From Camelus dromedarius (lineage: Eukaryota): 64,000 nt of DNA. Positions 49,801-63,714 of the stretch are shown piece after piece. The first letter of the stretch is position 1, and each line of letters starts with the position of its first letter. The stretch is from NCBI RefSeq assembly GCF_036321535.1, contig NC_087436.1, positions 83,082,001 through 83,146,000 on the forward strand. Reading direction: 5' to 3'. The notes beneath the pieces are model-generated. The model was not told the DNA's origin. It searched no databases and worked only from the letters and a program-made list of their open reading frames with translations. Made by a program: the position numbers and the translations under genes.

Positions 49801-51599
49801 CATGTATATATTCTACACATACTGTCAATAAATAAACCCTGAAAACACTTTCCTTATTTTTGGGGGGGGGGGTAACATTTTAACATTAATCTGTGTGACC
49901 AGGCCCCCCTCTCCCTCCTCCTCCTCAGTGCTTTGGTTAATCTGATACTTTATAAAGTTCTGACACAGAACTCTGACTGTTGAACAAAGTTGACTCCTGA
50001 TTTCAATACTGACTAGCAGAGAGGGAAGTGGGGCAGGATTCCAAGAGGGTTAAATGCTGAGTCCACAGAAGTAGGCATAGATTCCACATGGGAGCTCTAG
50101 TGAGAAGCCACATCCTGAGAGTAGGAAATCTCAGGTGAAAAGCATCACAGGAAGGGGGAAAAATGCATTTGATTTGTAGTAAATTTTTGAAGTATATACA
50201 TGATTTTAAAAAAAAGGAGGGGGATGGTGAGGAAAAGTCACAGGTACACCTACAAGACTGCTATGCCAAGTTTACATTTTCATCTTATTCCAACTTTATA
50301 ATCCTACAAAGGTTTAAACACCTCAGAGCTGTCCAAATATATTTTTGGAAAAGGGAGGCACTCATGGGTCTCTGGCAGAAGGGTGCACTTGGGATTTGAG
50401 TTAAACTGCTCTTCACTGTTGAAAGCAGGTCAGAAGAGCAGTTTATTGCTGTCATGTTAAGCACATGCCAAAATCATTCAGGAGTTTTAAGGATCAGTAC
50501 TACTGAAACCTGTTTAGATTTATCCCTCCAGCAAAACTATTTAAGTTTCATATAACTATTCATATCTGTCCTTTATAAATTGGCATTCAGGTATCTTTAC
50601 ATCAGCAACTCCCACAATGGAAACACAGGTAATTTTAATATTCTTAAAATATTTCTTTAATGACTCTACAAAAAACAACCAATGCTTCCCAATAAATTCA
50701 AACGTGACAGAACCCTCCAGGATGTATTTCAGGAAATTTGGACTCCAATATCCTCTTTATTCGTACCCTGCTAGGAGAAAGGGAAAGAAAATGTACTAGT
50801 CTACATGAGGGAAAACACAAAAACAACAACAAAGACCTCAAATGACTTCCCTTAGATTTGATGTGAACATATGTTTTAATGTGTGAATAGAGAAAACATG
50901 GGAGTAATAAAAAATATTCATTATTCTAATTCCATAAATATCTTTTAAAACATTTCAGTTAATGTGGATACAACTCACAGGCCATATTCCCAATCTTCAT
51001 TTAAGAAGAATTTTCCCTTACAGTCTATACTACATCACCCGCACTTCTCCCCTCTTCTTTCCTCTTCTCTAAGATTCCTGTCAAGGGAGGTGCCTGTGTC
51101 GGTGGTCAATAGAAAGTGACTTAAGGTTGCAAGAAAAAAATCATCAGCGAGAACTCACTTCTGAAAAATTACAACTGAGATATTTTATGACACAGTGGTG
51201 CACTCATTTTTTCCCCCTAGAATTCTATGACACCATTTCTGTTTTTCAAGGCCATTATAATTTGTCATTTTAGCTGCTCTTTCTGAAACTGCCGACAACT
51301 TCGTTCGTTCCTCCGCCCTGGAGGAGGGTGCAAGGGACTGAAGAGGCCTTGCTGCACATTTCCAGTCTGAAGTTCAGAAAGGCCAGTGGAGCTTTAGAGA
51401 CTCCAAATTCCCCAGCTATTTCTACCCGGAGTCTCGTTTTTGTCACCTCCTATGAAATCGCTAATCTACAGAAAGCGGTTGCTGAAAAGACAACAGCCAG
51501 AGGCCTTGAGATTACGATTGTTCTGGCAAAGCAAAACCCACGTCCTCAGATCGACACCAGCCAGGTCTCTGCATCCTTCTCTATTCCGATCCCCTGAAA

Positions 51600-52830
51600 A
51601 GCTCACCGTTGGACAGTTTGGGATCCTGGGCTGGGTTCGCTAGAGGTGACAGATGAGTGGCCAGTGTGGACCTCGGCAGGAAGCACACCCTCCCGTCCGC
51701 ACAGAGCGCGGCACTGCAGATGGCTGGGTTCTCCGCAGCACCTTCCGCCGCGCGGTCTCCGCCTCCCAACCACCCTCTCCTCGTAGATTCCGGGTGTCGC
51801 CACGTCTCCCTCGGCCCGGGTGCAGCTGAAGCGGCACAAGCCGCTGACCCCGCAGCATCCTCGGGTCCGGGGATTGGGGCTTCACTAACGGGAAACGAGA
51901 GCGGGCAGCCCCTGCCTCCCGTCCACCGTCCCTTCCATGTTCCCTTCCCTCCTTCCAACCCGGCCCACAGCACTTGCTCGGCACTCGCCTCAAGCCTGCC
52001 GTCAAATTCAGGCCGAGCGGAGTCTCCGCTGGAAATGCTCGCAGCCCGTGCTCAGGCAGTGTGGGCCCCGCCCCGCCCTGCTGCTCCGGACCTCAAAAGG
52101 GAAGAAAGCGGCGCACAGCGAACTCAGACACTGACCGCCGGGCTAAGACTGGAGGGGCTGGGGAAATTAAACCCACATGTCCCCTCCCCTCCCTGGGGAG
52201 GCCTCCTCCGTTCACTCTCCATCCCGCGGACCAGGACTGGTGGGATGCGACCGCTCCTGTAAATAATACTATAAACGGTCACCAAATAAATGAAGTGCAC
52301 TCTCCATGTTCTTACCTCGTGATGGTAATGTCCCTGAAAAAAAAATTAATTAGCTAACGGAGGGCGGGAAAGGGGCTTTCTGTAAATAAGATTGTCTTCT
52401 CCTATGTTTCCAGTCTCTGGAACAAGCAGTTAAAACAGCCACTGGCTCGTCTCGGAAATTCTGGAGAATTTTTCGTCTCCAGATAGAAAGGGGAAGTCTG
52501 TTCCCGCTGACTGACGGCAGCTCCGGCCATTCTGCGCCTGAGGAGGCGGCGGGCCCGCCGCCCGGACCCTCGATCACAGCCAATCACAGGTTCCGATAGG
52601 ACCGAGCCTCCCCGCGAGGGCTGTTTGACTTGGCTGACTTTCAGCCGCGCACCGTAGAGCGACGTCGACTTGCACCAGTAGCGGCTCCTGGAGATATCCG
52701 CCCTCCCGAAGGCCTTGGCGCGCTGGCCAATGAGAGAGTCCCTCGGCGGTGGACGAGGACTGGAAATTTGGTACCTCGCCAGCCCCTCGAGGAGACGGGG
52801 GGGTGTGTCGCTCGGGCAATTGGGTGGTAG
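51600..52830 (-). promoter_or_regulatory. PPM1K: PPM1K CpG-island promoter
   Basis: CpG-dense, GC boxes, CCAAT boxes near 52580 and 52726. Confidence 0.85.
52316..52530 (-). other. PPM1K: PPM1K non-coding exon 1 (5' end approximate)
   Basis: Strong donor GAG|GTAAGA at 52316/52315 inside the CpG island, downstream of the CCAAT boxes. Confidence 0.7.
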
Positions 52831-53156
52831 TTGTGACAACTAGGAAAGCAAGAACGGAATGCCAACACTTTGCCTGGGCAAAGGGATTGAAAGGTATATG
52901 GTTTCATTGTTATTCTTTGAAAAACTCGCAGTGCGACGTTCTTCGTGACTGAACAGGCATCTCGTGATCCCTTGAGAATGTTGATTCATTCAGTCAACAG
53001 GTATTTCTGTACTTACGGAGGACCTTTTGTATTCCAGGCACTGTGCTAGGCGTTCGAGATACAATCTTGACATAAACAGACTTGATAGCTGCCTCATAAA
53101 GCTTCTGTCTATTGAGGAGGAAGAGGAAGAAAACAGGTAAATAAGCAAATAAATAT

Positions 53157-53158
<2 letters not shown>

Positions 53159-53193
<35 letters not shown>
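53159..53193. repeat. (AC)n microsatellite
   Basis: About 17 AC units read directly. Confidence 0.95.
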
Positions 53194-53196
<3 letters not shown>

Positions 53197-54409
53197 AAAA
53201 GTGCACATATCCCAAGTGTATACACATCTCAATGAATTTTCACAATCTGAACATGCCTGTGTATCCACCACCCAGATCAAGAAACAAAACATATTAACAC
53301 CCAGGGATCCCATTATACTGCCGTTCAGTCATTGCCTATCCTGACTTTCAACAACAGAGATTACTTTGGCCTGTCTTTAGACTTGATATATATAGAATCA
53401 TAAAGTATGCATTCTTTTGTGTTTGGCTTCCTTATTCAACCTTGTATGTGTGAGAGCCTTCCATATTGTTGCATATAGTTGTAGATTATTCATTTTATTT
53501 CATTCTTTGAATATACCACAGTTTTAAATTGGACGTCCTTCTGATGGACATTAGGGTAGTTTTCAGTTTGGTGCATTACAGATAGTGCTGCTATGAACAT
53601 TGTAGTACATGTATTTTGACAATGGCCTTTTCTTTTGGTGGAACATTTTGGTGGCCGAGTTTTAAATACAATTAAGTTATTTTTAATCTGTTCAATAATG
53701 TAGTACCATGTATTGCGATATCTCAAACATTTGGACCAGATAATGAAGGGTTTTGCGCTCACAAATGTGAAAACTTTGGGCAACAAGGAACTGTTGACAT
53801 GAGAAATTTTAAGTTTGGAAACATTTTGATTATGTTTGGCATTTTGACCTTCTTTTTAAGCAGTTGCAAAAGTGCATGTCCAGGATTTGAGAACATTATG
53901 ACTTTGCTACATCCTTTTACTATAAAAGGACTGTAGTCCACAGTCATATGATAAGCCAGGTCAGATAGGTTGTCCTGAAGAATATGCATATGTTTGGTGC
54001 TAATACAGTCCTTGGACATATATTTGAAAACCATACCGTTCTACATCCTACCACGTTGATGAGGAATAAAACCAGCAGTTTACTTCTTTTGAATTATATA
54101 CTGCTCTTTGAATCTCTGAAGCATGGCTAAATGTAGTACAAATGTACACATACTCAGCATAAGGGATCACTGCATAATGCCCAAAAGAATCATGTGAATG
54201 CAACACTCTATACCTTCATTAAGTTGAGCTCATTTTTCCCCACACTTTATAGTTTAAAGAATTGAACTATTTGATAATAGTGACTATCAAAAAATTATAC
54301 CTAAGACAGGTCATAAGGCTGTAGGTGGGTAGATGGCAGGGGGCCTTATAAAATACAAAGTGAGGACATAAGCTATTTGAGATTTAGGCTAATGAGCCAC
54401 TAGAATGGA

Positions 54410-54746
54410 ATGTTATGAGATAAATTGAGGCACATTAAATATTTTCAGAGTTTGAGCAAAAATTGATTGACAGTGGTCAGCACCAAACCAGAAGTGGTTA
54501 GGAGTGCAGCTGGAGGCAAGATTTTACACAGAAGATGTGAAAACCAAGCAAGAAAATTATTTGATTGGCTACAGCTTAAACAATTACCTTGTTTGGGAAA
54601 GTTTATTTGGCTTTGTGGTTGGTTGTCCTTAGGTTTCCATTTCTTAACGTAGGGCACTACAGGCTCAAGTTTAGGTTTGCTTAAGAGAGCTACTAAGGCA
54701 TTAAACCATCTAAGTCTAATGGCCTTCTTGTTTAACTGATTTAACA
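54410..54746. mobile_element. Old ERV1-type LTR (MER31/MER67-like)
   Basis: TGTTA...TTTAACA termini, TTTGATTGGCTACAGCTT motif. Confidence 0.5.
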
Positions 54747-54891
54747 CTACGTGTTTTCCTAATGAGTTACTAATGCTCCTGGGAGCCAAATACTGTGTAA
54801 TAATGAACTGATGATTTTATTAACATTCGCTAATGAATAATCAATTTTTTTCTTGTTAAAACATTAGAGATGGAAATTTTTGTATACTCAG

Positions 54892-55390
54892 TGAAGTGTA
54901 CCACAATATGCGACCCCCAAAATACACCTCTTTGGAGTATTTTGAACTAAAGGCAACCGAGAAGCAGGAGGTGCAGGAGGGTACTCCCCCTGCATAAAAA
55001 TAGAGTATAAATTTCCCCTTTAGTAAAGGAAATTTACATTCACAAAGGAAATTTCCATCTCTAATAGTGGCTCCAGGAAGAGAACTACTCCCAGAGACAA
55101 CTTTTATCACCTGAGAGAAAACCCTTATTTACTATACATTTCCTCCCTCACATCCCTGCCTCCCCCACTCAGAAGCCCCAAATCCCTTTCCCTTTGTTTA
55201 GCCTAATACAATATATAAACCTCAATCATCTGGTCTCTGAGAGTCTCATTTCTTTGTAAAATTTCCATGCGTACTTATACAGTTAAAACTGTTTTTTTCT
55301 CTCTTTAATTTGTCTTTTGTCAATTTAATTTCCAGGGCCCCAGCCAGAGGACCTAGGAGGGTAGAGGGCAACATTTTTTCTTTTCCTGCA
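54892..55390 (+). mobile_element. Solo ERV1-type LTR (MER34/MER39-like)
   Basis: TG...CA termini with 4-bp TSD TCAG (54888-54891 and 55391-55394); TATATAAA box. Confidence 0.8.
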
Positions 55391-56188
55391 TCAGATTCAG
55401 CAATTTTCCAGGTCAGAACCTGTATGCTACTTTTGACCTTATGCCTAAAACATGGGATATTAGGGTGTATTTTTCCAGTTTAGGCTGTTCTATCCAGAAT
55501 TTCTAGTCCAGATGTCCGTTCTCTGTGTCACCAGAACAATTGCCAAAACGTTCACACAAAGAATTTTTAAATCTTGTCTTTGGACCCTATAAAATCTTGT
55601 AGCATGATTTTACTTTAGAATATAATTTTATATATATATATAAAATAATTATGACTTTCCCCCCACAAATATCCAGTACCACTGTTCTAGAGGTTTAAAT
55701 TATTTTTCCTTTTCCACCTCTGACTTCCCTATTTGACTTTATTCATATATTTAATTTCATTATGCATCATTCTCATTTGGGCTGTTCTAGGGAAAACTGT
55801 ATTTTATAAGTGTATATTGCAGGAAAGGTTATCAACAAAACTGTATCTTGTTACTTAACTTGCAGAAGCTCAAAATCAAGGAAATGAAATATGATAGTCA
55901 TTAGCACCTTTTGCCAAATATTTCCTGCTCACCACTCCTAAGGCAGCTTCTGACCTCCTTGTGGATGATGCTGTGGGAAGGCAAATGCCTGTGACTCATT
56001 TAGGTCAATGAATTGTGAATGGAGGTGACAGCATTTCTAAGTTGGAACATTTAATGTTCCTCTGCAACACACTTCAAAGCTTATTTCCCTCTGCCATTGC
56101 AACCAACAAAGTTCCAGATCATGGCTGCTCCTTCAGTCTGAGTTCCTGAATCCTACTGCCAACCCATCATGGCCAGATAGCATAAGGG

Positions 56189-56219
<31 letters not shown>

Positions 56220-58595
56220 CCACTGAGTTTGTTTGTTACTGCATCTTAAGCTAACTTAACCTTTCCTATTCCAACCAAAACAGGTAGTAGCTCAAACTTA
56301 AGATCATTTGGTTGAGTTTTTCTTGAGGCAATTTTAGTCAAAAAGAAATTTTCATTCATTTTTTAATAACTTTTCATGAGATTCCTACTGGGTTTATAGC
56401 AATGAACTTCCAATATAAACATCTCTGTTCTCATGAAAATTGAGAGGGGGTAAAGGAGACAGTAGGCATATATCTAAGTATGATGAATGCTATAATTGGA
56501 AAAGTATGGCATTCTCTAATATTATCCTAGGAGTCTTGTGGCTCATCTTCCCCTTTCTGGCTGTCTCTCTTTTAAGTTAAGAATTGTTCAGTTGCTGAAT
56601 ATTATACAAGGCTACCTAGAAAGAGTGAGAAAGAAAAAACAAGTTTCTAACTCTTGAGAAGTTTCTTGGAATCATAGAAAACCTAGCTTGCTTGAGTCTG
56701 GAGCCTGAATTTCAACATTGCTTTTGACCAATGTGCAGCCTCATACAAGTAGCTAGCTTTGCTGTGCCCTTGTTTTATCAGATGTAAAATAGCACTAAAT
56801 ATAACCTGCCCTGGCTGATTCTCATTATTGCTGCAAGAATTAAATTAAACAGAGAATAAAATGTCCCATAAAAATAAACAGTGTCATTATTCTTTGAAGA
56901 TTCTACTTGAAGTGCATTGGAGGAGCCTATAAATAGCCAGTTTAAAAAAAAAAAAAGTTTGGTCCACCTATAAAGCAACATATAAACAAATTAAAATTAA
57001 AATTGTACCTTTCCAGCTGTACCCTTCCATACAGAATGATACAGAGAAAATTACACCTTCAAGAATCTAAAACTCAGTGTGTATTGCCAAGTAGTATCTG
57101 CTAATGGACTGCTATTAGGATATAGCTGAAACAGGCCAAAAATTGCCTTGTAATCTTCATAAGAAATATTTAATACTTTCTTGGTCAGTAAAATGAAATG
57201 AATGTACGCATAACTAGTTTTACACAAGTAAATAAACAACAGAAGAATTCATGCAGCATTAAGAAAACTGCCATTGTCTTTGAAATCTGTAATTTCCTAA
57301 GTGTTTACACTTCTAACCTCTTGGAAATATCTAATTTTCTAAACTCATTCCTCTTTTCTGAGTCTTGTTTAGATTAGAGTTCAGAATCTCAAGGTAACAT
57401 TGTAAGCAATGATGAAAGGCACATTTGTCAATGTTTGTCAGGCAACCCAAAGCCTCAGTTATTGGCATGGTACAAGGCACCTTATTTTGTACAAAGAGTG
57501 GGCGTAGGTGCTGAACTGCTTTTCTATTGGTCAGTTTCCCTTCCAATGGCAGAAGAGGAAGTATATTTTTTCCCAGCTAATTAGCATACTCTGGGAAAGT
57601 ACCCAAGTATGTTTCTTTCTCTGGCAGTGTTAAATATAGACTTGGAAACCAGCCTTAGCATTTACCATTTATAAATTAGTTTGGCTTTGGGTGATCTAGA
57701 TTTTATATACAAAAATACTCCAGAAAAATTTTGAAAATTCAAAGAAACCAATAGCACATAATGATTATGCTATGAGACGTTAGCAAGAGAGAGATTGGTT
57801 TCCTTGAAAATACTTTCATGTAAGAATATAAGAAAATAAGAATCGATGTTCATCTTCCCAGACTGAAACCAGGAAAGATATCCCCAGGCCAAAAGGACAA
57901 CAGAAATGGTGTTCCCTCCCCCAACCCTACCTTAACCTAGACCATAGGGAAGGAACAGGAAGCTGAGACCTGGGAAGAGGGAAGAGTTACAGCAAAGGAA
58001 AAAAAGGAAGGAGATAAAGAGAGGGACATCAGCCTGCCTACACAAGGGACGTCAGATGGCTTGAAATATGACCCAATGAAAACAGTATGGAAACAGGTGC
58101 TTAGTATTCTTTGAACTGTATGTAACTGCATAATGCAAGGTTATGTAATATCTGCTACATCCTCTGGTTTCTCCCTCCTCCTAACTCCTCCTACACCCAC
58201 TGTTTTTCATCTTACAGCACTGTTTCACAAGCTTCAGTAGCTCCCCATTACCAATAGGGTAAAAAAAAAAATCCTAAGCTTCTCAGGCTGGTATTCACAT
58301 TTTTTCACGGGTTTCTCCTGCCCTTCACCGACCTTCTGACCCACTGCTTCCCTAAACAAACATTCATTCCACCCAAATTCATCATTTCCTACGACTGTCG
58401 CCAGGCTTCTTGCCACCTTGCCCCCTTGCTCTGTTCAAGACAAACCTTAATTTTCTCCTCTCAGTTTTCTTAAATCCTCAGAATCACGAGGATTAAGTGA
58501 AACTTTGCCACGTGATTATTGATTGCTTGTGGTCTTATAGAAGAACTGGAATAGAGTATCACTTTGTGCTGCAAACAAAAGTAGTAATTGCTAAC

Positions 58596-59086
58596 TGTTT
58601 TAGGATTCTCCAGAGAAATAAGAATAGTATATGTGTATGTATGTTGTGTGGAGAGAAAGAGAGAGACAGAGGGAGAAAAAGAAACTGAGACTTAAGCAGT
58701 TGGCTCATGTGATGTGGTGGCTGCCAAGTCCAAATCTGAAGGTAGAGAACAGACCATGCATATACTTGGAGAAAAAGTATTCCAGGCAAAGGAAAGGGCA
58801 GGCACAAAGGCCCTGCAGCAGAGTGGCAGACTGGAGACCCAGGGAAGAGATAATGCTGTAGCTCAAGTCCCCAGGCAGTCTGGAGGCAGAATCCCTTCTT
58901 CTTTAAGGCCTTTAATGCCTGGATGAGGCTCACCCACATTATGGGAGTAATCTGCTTTACTCAACCTACTGATTTAAATGTTAATCCAATCTGAAAATAC
59001 CTTCACAGAGACATCTAGATTTATGTTTGATCAAACATCTGGGTACCTTGGCCTAATCAAACTGACACATAAAATTAACCATCACA
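58596..59086. mobile_element. MLT2-like (ERVL) solo LTR
   Basis: TTAGGATTCTCCAGAGAAA start, GACACATAAAATTAACCATCACA end, 5-bp TSD CTAAC (58591-58595 and 59087-59091). Confidence 0.85.
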
Positions 59087-60599
59087 CTAACCCATACAAA
59101 TTCTTATTCTATCCAAGCACGGTACTGAATTCTTTACATGTATCAGCTCATTTAATCTTAACAACCCTATCAGATAGGGTTATTATTATCTTCCCGATTC
59201 TAAAGATGAGGCACAGATAGACTAAGTGATTTGCCTGAGGTTGTGTGGCTTGTAAATACTGGCTTGCTGGGACTTGAATCTTTGCAGCCTGGCTTCAGAA
59301 TTTATGTTCTGAACTCCTATGCTATTTACTTCTCAAGAAAAAGAAAGTGAAACTGAACTCGTTGATACCTTATGTGTTCTTCCCCCTGTGCCCATAAACA
59401 GCTTTGCCTGCCATTGACATCTGTTAGGAGTCACCTTTTACAGGAACCTTACACATGTCCACACAGTAGCCCTTTGATGTAGCTAGTGTTATCCCTGTTT
59501 TACAGACGAGGAAAATTTGAGGCACAGAGAGTTTAATGATTTGCTCTAGCCACACAGTAATGCGTGGAATAGCAGGAATTTGAACCCAGGACCCTCAGTC
59601 TCCAAAGCATATCCCCTTACCACACTGTCTCTCTGTACATAGTTCATCAATGTTAAAGATATTCCTACTCATCTCTATTTTGAAGACTTTAAATGACTTT
59701 AACCGGAGTTGGCTTTGTGAATTACTTTAAGAAAAATTGGCTTTCTGTTTTGATGTATTCCACAAGTGAAATAAACTGTACATATGAGCGTAAGTTTCTG
59801 ACTACTTCATGCACCAGGAAAGAGCATAGATTGTAGCTAAAGTAAATGGAAAGAAGGAAAAAGAGTATTTCCTGTTTTACCAGGTAGGGAGTAGATAGTA
59901 TCATCTACTGGGGACCTGCTGAGTTTAGAGACAGTGAAAAGGGTGAACACATCACGCTGAAGCCCTGAGAAAATGAGCAGATAGAGTAGAATATAAATTG
60001 AAACTGAAGGGTGAAGTTGCCTAAGACTAGTCTGCTTGCAAGAGCTGCATTTGAAAGAAAAACATACAACAGAAATCGCCCATTTTGCTGTGTTGGCTCG
60101 CCACACTGGAATTAGGGGAATGTACTTTCAGTCTGTTTTTAAGTGACTGATACAGAAAGTGTTATTCCAGAAGGAGATTTCCACTGGGGCCCCACGAGAA
60201 GGGAGAGCGTCCTGTTTACTGTCGATAAGGATCATAATGGAGTCATGTTTGCCACCAGGGACCTTTCACCTTTGTCTTCTTAATTCCCTGACTGCATTTA
60301 CAGCTTGGGAGAGGTAAGGCCTGTCCAGAAGTCAATATGATCAAAGAATTTTAGAGCTGGGAGGCATCTTTGAACTCGTTTCCTCCTCTTCCTCTCCCCT
60401 TCATTTTCCTGAAAATTAAATGCAGATTCTGAGAGGTGACTCTAGACAACCTTGTAAATGTTAGGAATTTTTATGATTCCCTGTCATTGCCTAGAACATC
60501 CTCCCTGGTTCTGAGTTTGCTCGTCTCTGACACTGTCTCTTGCTCACAAAAATGTCTCTCTTCTTTCTCCTCTCCTCTATTAAAACTCTTATTTGTTCA

Positions 60600-62370
60600 G
60601 TAAATGATTGTTCACTCATTCAAATCATATTTATTTCACGCATCCTTCGAGGTACCAGAAACTATTCTAGGAGCTGGGGATACAACGGTGAACTAAACAG
60701 ACAGAATTTCTGTCCTTGTGGAACATACACTCTAGAGAAAGGAACAGAAGTCAAAACAGATAAAGATACTCTTTGATATCTAGGGCAATGAATGGCCTGT
60801 AGAAAAATGATGAATAATGGGATAGAGAGAAGGGAATATATGCTATTGGCGGGGGGGGAGCCAGGGAAAGCCTGGCACTTGGGGCCAGGAACCATAATGA
60901 AGCGAGGAAACAGACCTGCATATATTTGGAGGAAAAATGTTCCAGGTAGAGAACAGGGCAAGCACAAAGGCCCTGCAGCAGACTGACAAGGAAGGCAGCA
61001 GGACTGGAACATAATTTGGGTGAAATGAAGCAGAAATGAGGTCAAAGAGAAGCCAGAGTCTGTAAGACATTATAGACCAAGATAAGAGAAAAGGAAAGGA
61101 CAGATAAGAAAAGGAATTTGGACTTTAAGACTGGGGTAGAGAGAGTGAGTGAGGGTGGTGGACTGATTGTGATCAAAAAGGATCACTCATGTTGCTGTGC
61201 AGAGAATGAACCCTAGGGAGGCAAGAGAAGCAACTTGGACACTAGGTGGAAAGTTGTTAAAATCCTCCAGGTGGAGGTGGAAGAGGATAAAGAGTTTCAT
61301 CTTGGGGATGTTAAGTTGGTGGTGCCTAGTAAACGTGTCATGAAGCTTTTGCGTAGGCACTTAGATATATTTATCTGTTGTTCCAGGGAGGAGTCAAGGT
61401 GAGAGGCACAGATTCAGCAGTCATTAGTGTGTGGATAGAATTTAAAGCCATAAGGATGAGATCATCTAGGGAGTGAGATGGGTGGAGAAGAGAGGAGGCT
61501 AGAGGTCAGAGCCCTCATATTTTGCAGAATTTAGAAGTTGGAAAAAAGAAGAGTTTCAGGCGAAGGAGACTAAGAAGGATTAGCAATGAGGTAGGAGGAA
61601 AACCTAAAATAAAAAGGGAGAGAAAGGCAATAAAAAGATTTCCAGAAGGAGAGTATAAGTAGTAGTTAGAGATTAAGTAAGATGAGGCCTAAGAATTGAT
61701 GATTAGACTTGGCCACGTAGAGGTCATTGAAGGCCCAGACAAGAGCAGTGTCAGTGCGAATGGGGGCACATAACCTGACTGGCATGAGTTCAAGAGAGAC
61801 TGAGGAGTAAGGAAGTAAACAATCTGAAAGCACTTGAGGGGTTTTGTTTTAAGGTGGGACATAGGAATGAGGAAGTAATAAAGGAGCATCTTTTTTTAAT
61901 GGGAAATACTATAGAATGTATGCATGCTGATGAGGATAATTTATGAAGGGAATGAAAAACTGACTTGCAAAAAAAGGAAAGAAGGGAAGAAGAAAAGGAC
62001 CAAATCAGTATGTAGTATGGGGGAGGAATTGGAGGACTCAGGTGAGACAGCAGGATGGTTGGACAGCTCTGAGGACGCACTCGAGCTTAGGTTTATGAAC
62101 TTGGTGTGAGACCAGTTAGCCTGCATTGTCTTTCTCCAGCCATAGTCAGCTCCTAGGGTGCGCATGCAGATCACATGAAGAGTTAGACTTGACCAGGTTA
62201 AGATTTCGTTACAAGGGTCATAATAAAGCAGGAGAGGGGCAAGAGAGGTGAGAAACTATAGCAATGGACCCTGGAATCCAAATGCGATAAACAGAGAAGA
62301 GACAGCCTGAGTGGTGCCATGGAAATTAAAAAGCTGTCAGGGTCAATGGATTGGGGATACTGGCCATTGT
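60600..62370 (-). mobile_element. Long LINE-2 fragment, antisense
   Basis: TTCACTCATTCAAATCATATTTATT tail followed by typical purine-rich antisense L2 sequence. Confidence 0.8.
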
Positions 62371-63209
62371 ACGAAATCCAAGACAGTGTCTTCTTTCCCA
62401 AAACACTCTAAAATGTGAATGACTGATGAACAGCATATAAAGGTAACCCTCCATGCATTTAATGAGAACATAGCTGCTGCTTAACACAAATAAGTTGGAG
62501 AATTCTAATGGGAGAATTTCTATTGGGAGAATTCCAGAGGTCTTTGACAGAGTAATGGGGGAATATTGACCAAAGAGTCTCAATAATATTGTTTAAGGAC
62601 TTTTCCACTTGACTTACATGTAAGGCTGACAGTGCTTCATGGGGTTCAGAATACATGGTGACCCACTGCTTTCTTGGTACCAGAAGAGAGTTATTCATCC
62701 ACCAGAGGTCTAACAAGATGAAGTGGATATCCACTTGACCTTGAAAGATCAAGACATGTTCCATAAATAATACAGGACTGGAATTTATATTAGGAACTTC
62801 TTTATTAATGTATTTTCCAGAAGAAGGATTGTGAGGCAAGGTGGACTGTCTTAAAAATTGACTTCAGTCACCATTTAGCAGCCACAGTGAGTTCTGTGGA
62901 TAGATATAGATAGGTATTAATATATATAGAAATGTTCTCTGTCTTCAAGGAATTTATAAATCCTAGCTATGTAGGCAGTGAACATGAATGAACATGAAAA
63001 ATCATGATATTGATATCTATATAGATATAAATATATAGATATATATAAGTAAAATAAGAAATACCAAAAACGTTAACAAAAGTGCTGACAATAGGAATGG
63101 ATAGATTAGGATTGAAAAGTCCTGTTAGATAGAAAAGTACATTTACTAGTATAGTCATTACTGAGAAACTAAATACAGTTGCTCCCAGGAGGTAAGATCC
63201 ATTATGTAT

Positions 63210-63645
63210 TGTGGCAGAGACAGCTAGATGCCCAATTAAATACCCATTCTACCCTTCCTCCTTAGTAATAGACAATGGATTTTTATTTGGGCATACTGAT
63301 GGCGAAAGTTAAAGATTATTTCCTAGCCTCCCTTATAATTAGTGTGGTTTTGCTGCTAAATTCATGCCATAAGATGTAATTGGAAACATGTGGGGAGGCA
63401 TGCCCTTCTATTGTTCTCCTTTCCTGGACTATGGACATGATGGCTGGAACTTAAGAATCATCTTGGATCGTGACATGACATGGTACAGATGGCAGAGCAG
63501 TAAGATAGGAGGTTGGATCTTTGGTGAACAAGGAGCAACCGTAACAGCCTTGGAATGCCCACCTCTCGACTTCTTTTGTATGAGAGAGAAACCTTAATAG
63601 CCTTTCAGTTGCTGTAACTTGGGGTCTTTCTGTTATGAGCTGCCA
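63210..63645. mobile_element. MLT1-like MaLR LTR (a similar relic lies near 55900-56240)
   Basis: TGTGGCAGA start, TTTCCTAGCCTCCCTT...GATGTAA motif, GGGTCTTTCTGTTA near the end. Confidence 0.65.
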
Positions 63646-63714
63646 AATTTTATTCTATTTTTTTTAGGAAGTAATTTTTATTTTGTTTTGGTCTGTTTGG
63701 TCTGATTTCGATTT

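Noticed and set aside
51581..52839. 201-aa and other ORFs in the PPM1K CpG island
   Set aside because: Same GC-content artefact; they overlap the promoter and intron 1
62459..62839. Endogenous bornavirus N-like element (PHEA and SIF.H words)
   Set aside because: Only two short word matches, in the wrong order relative to bornavirus N
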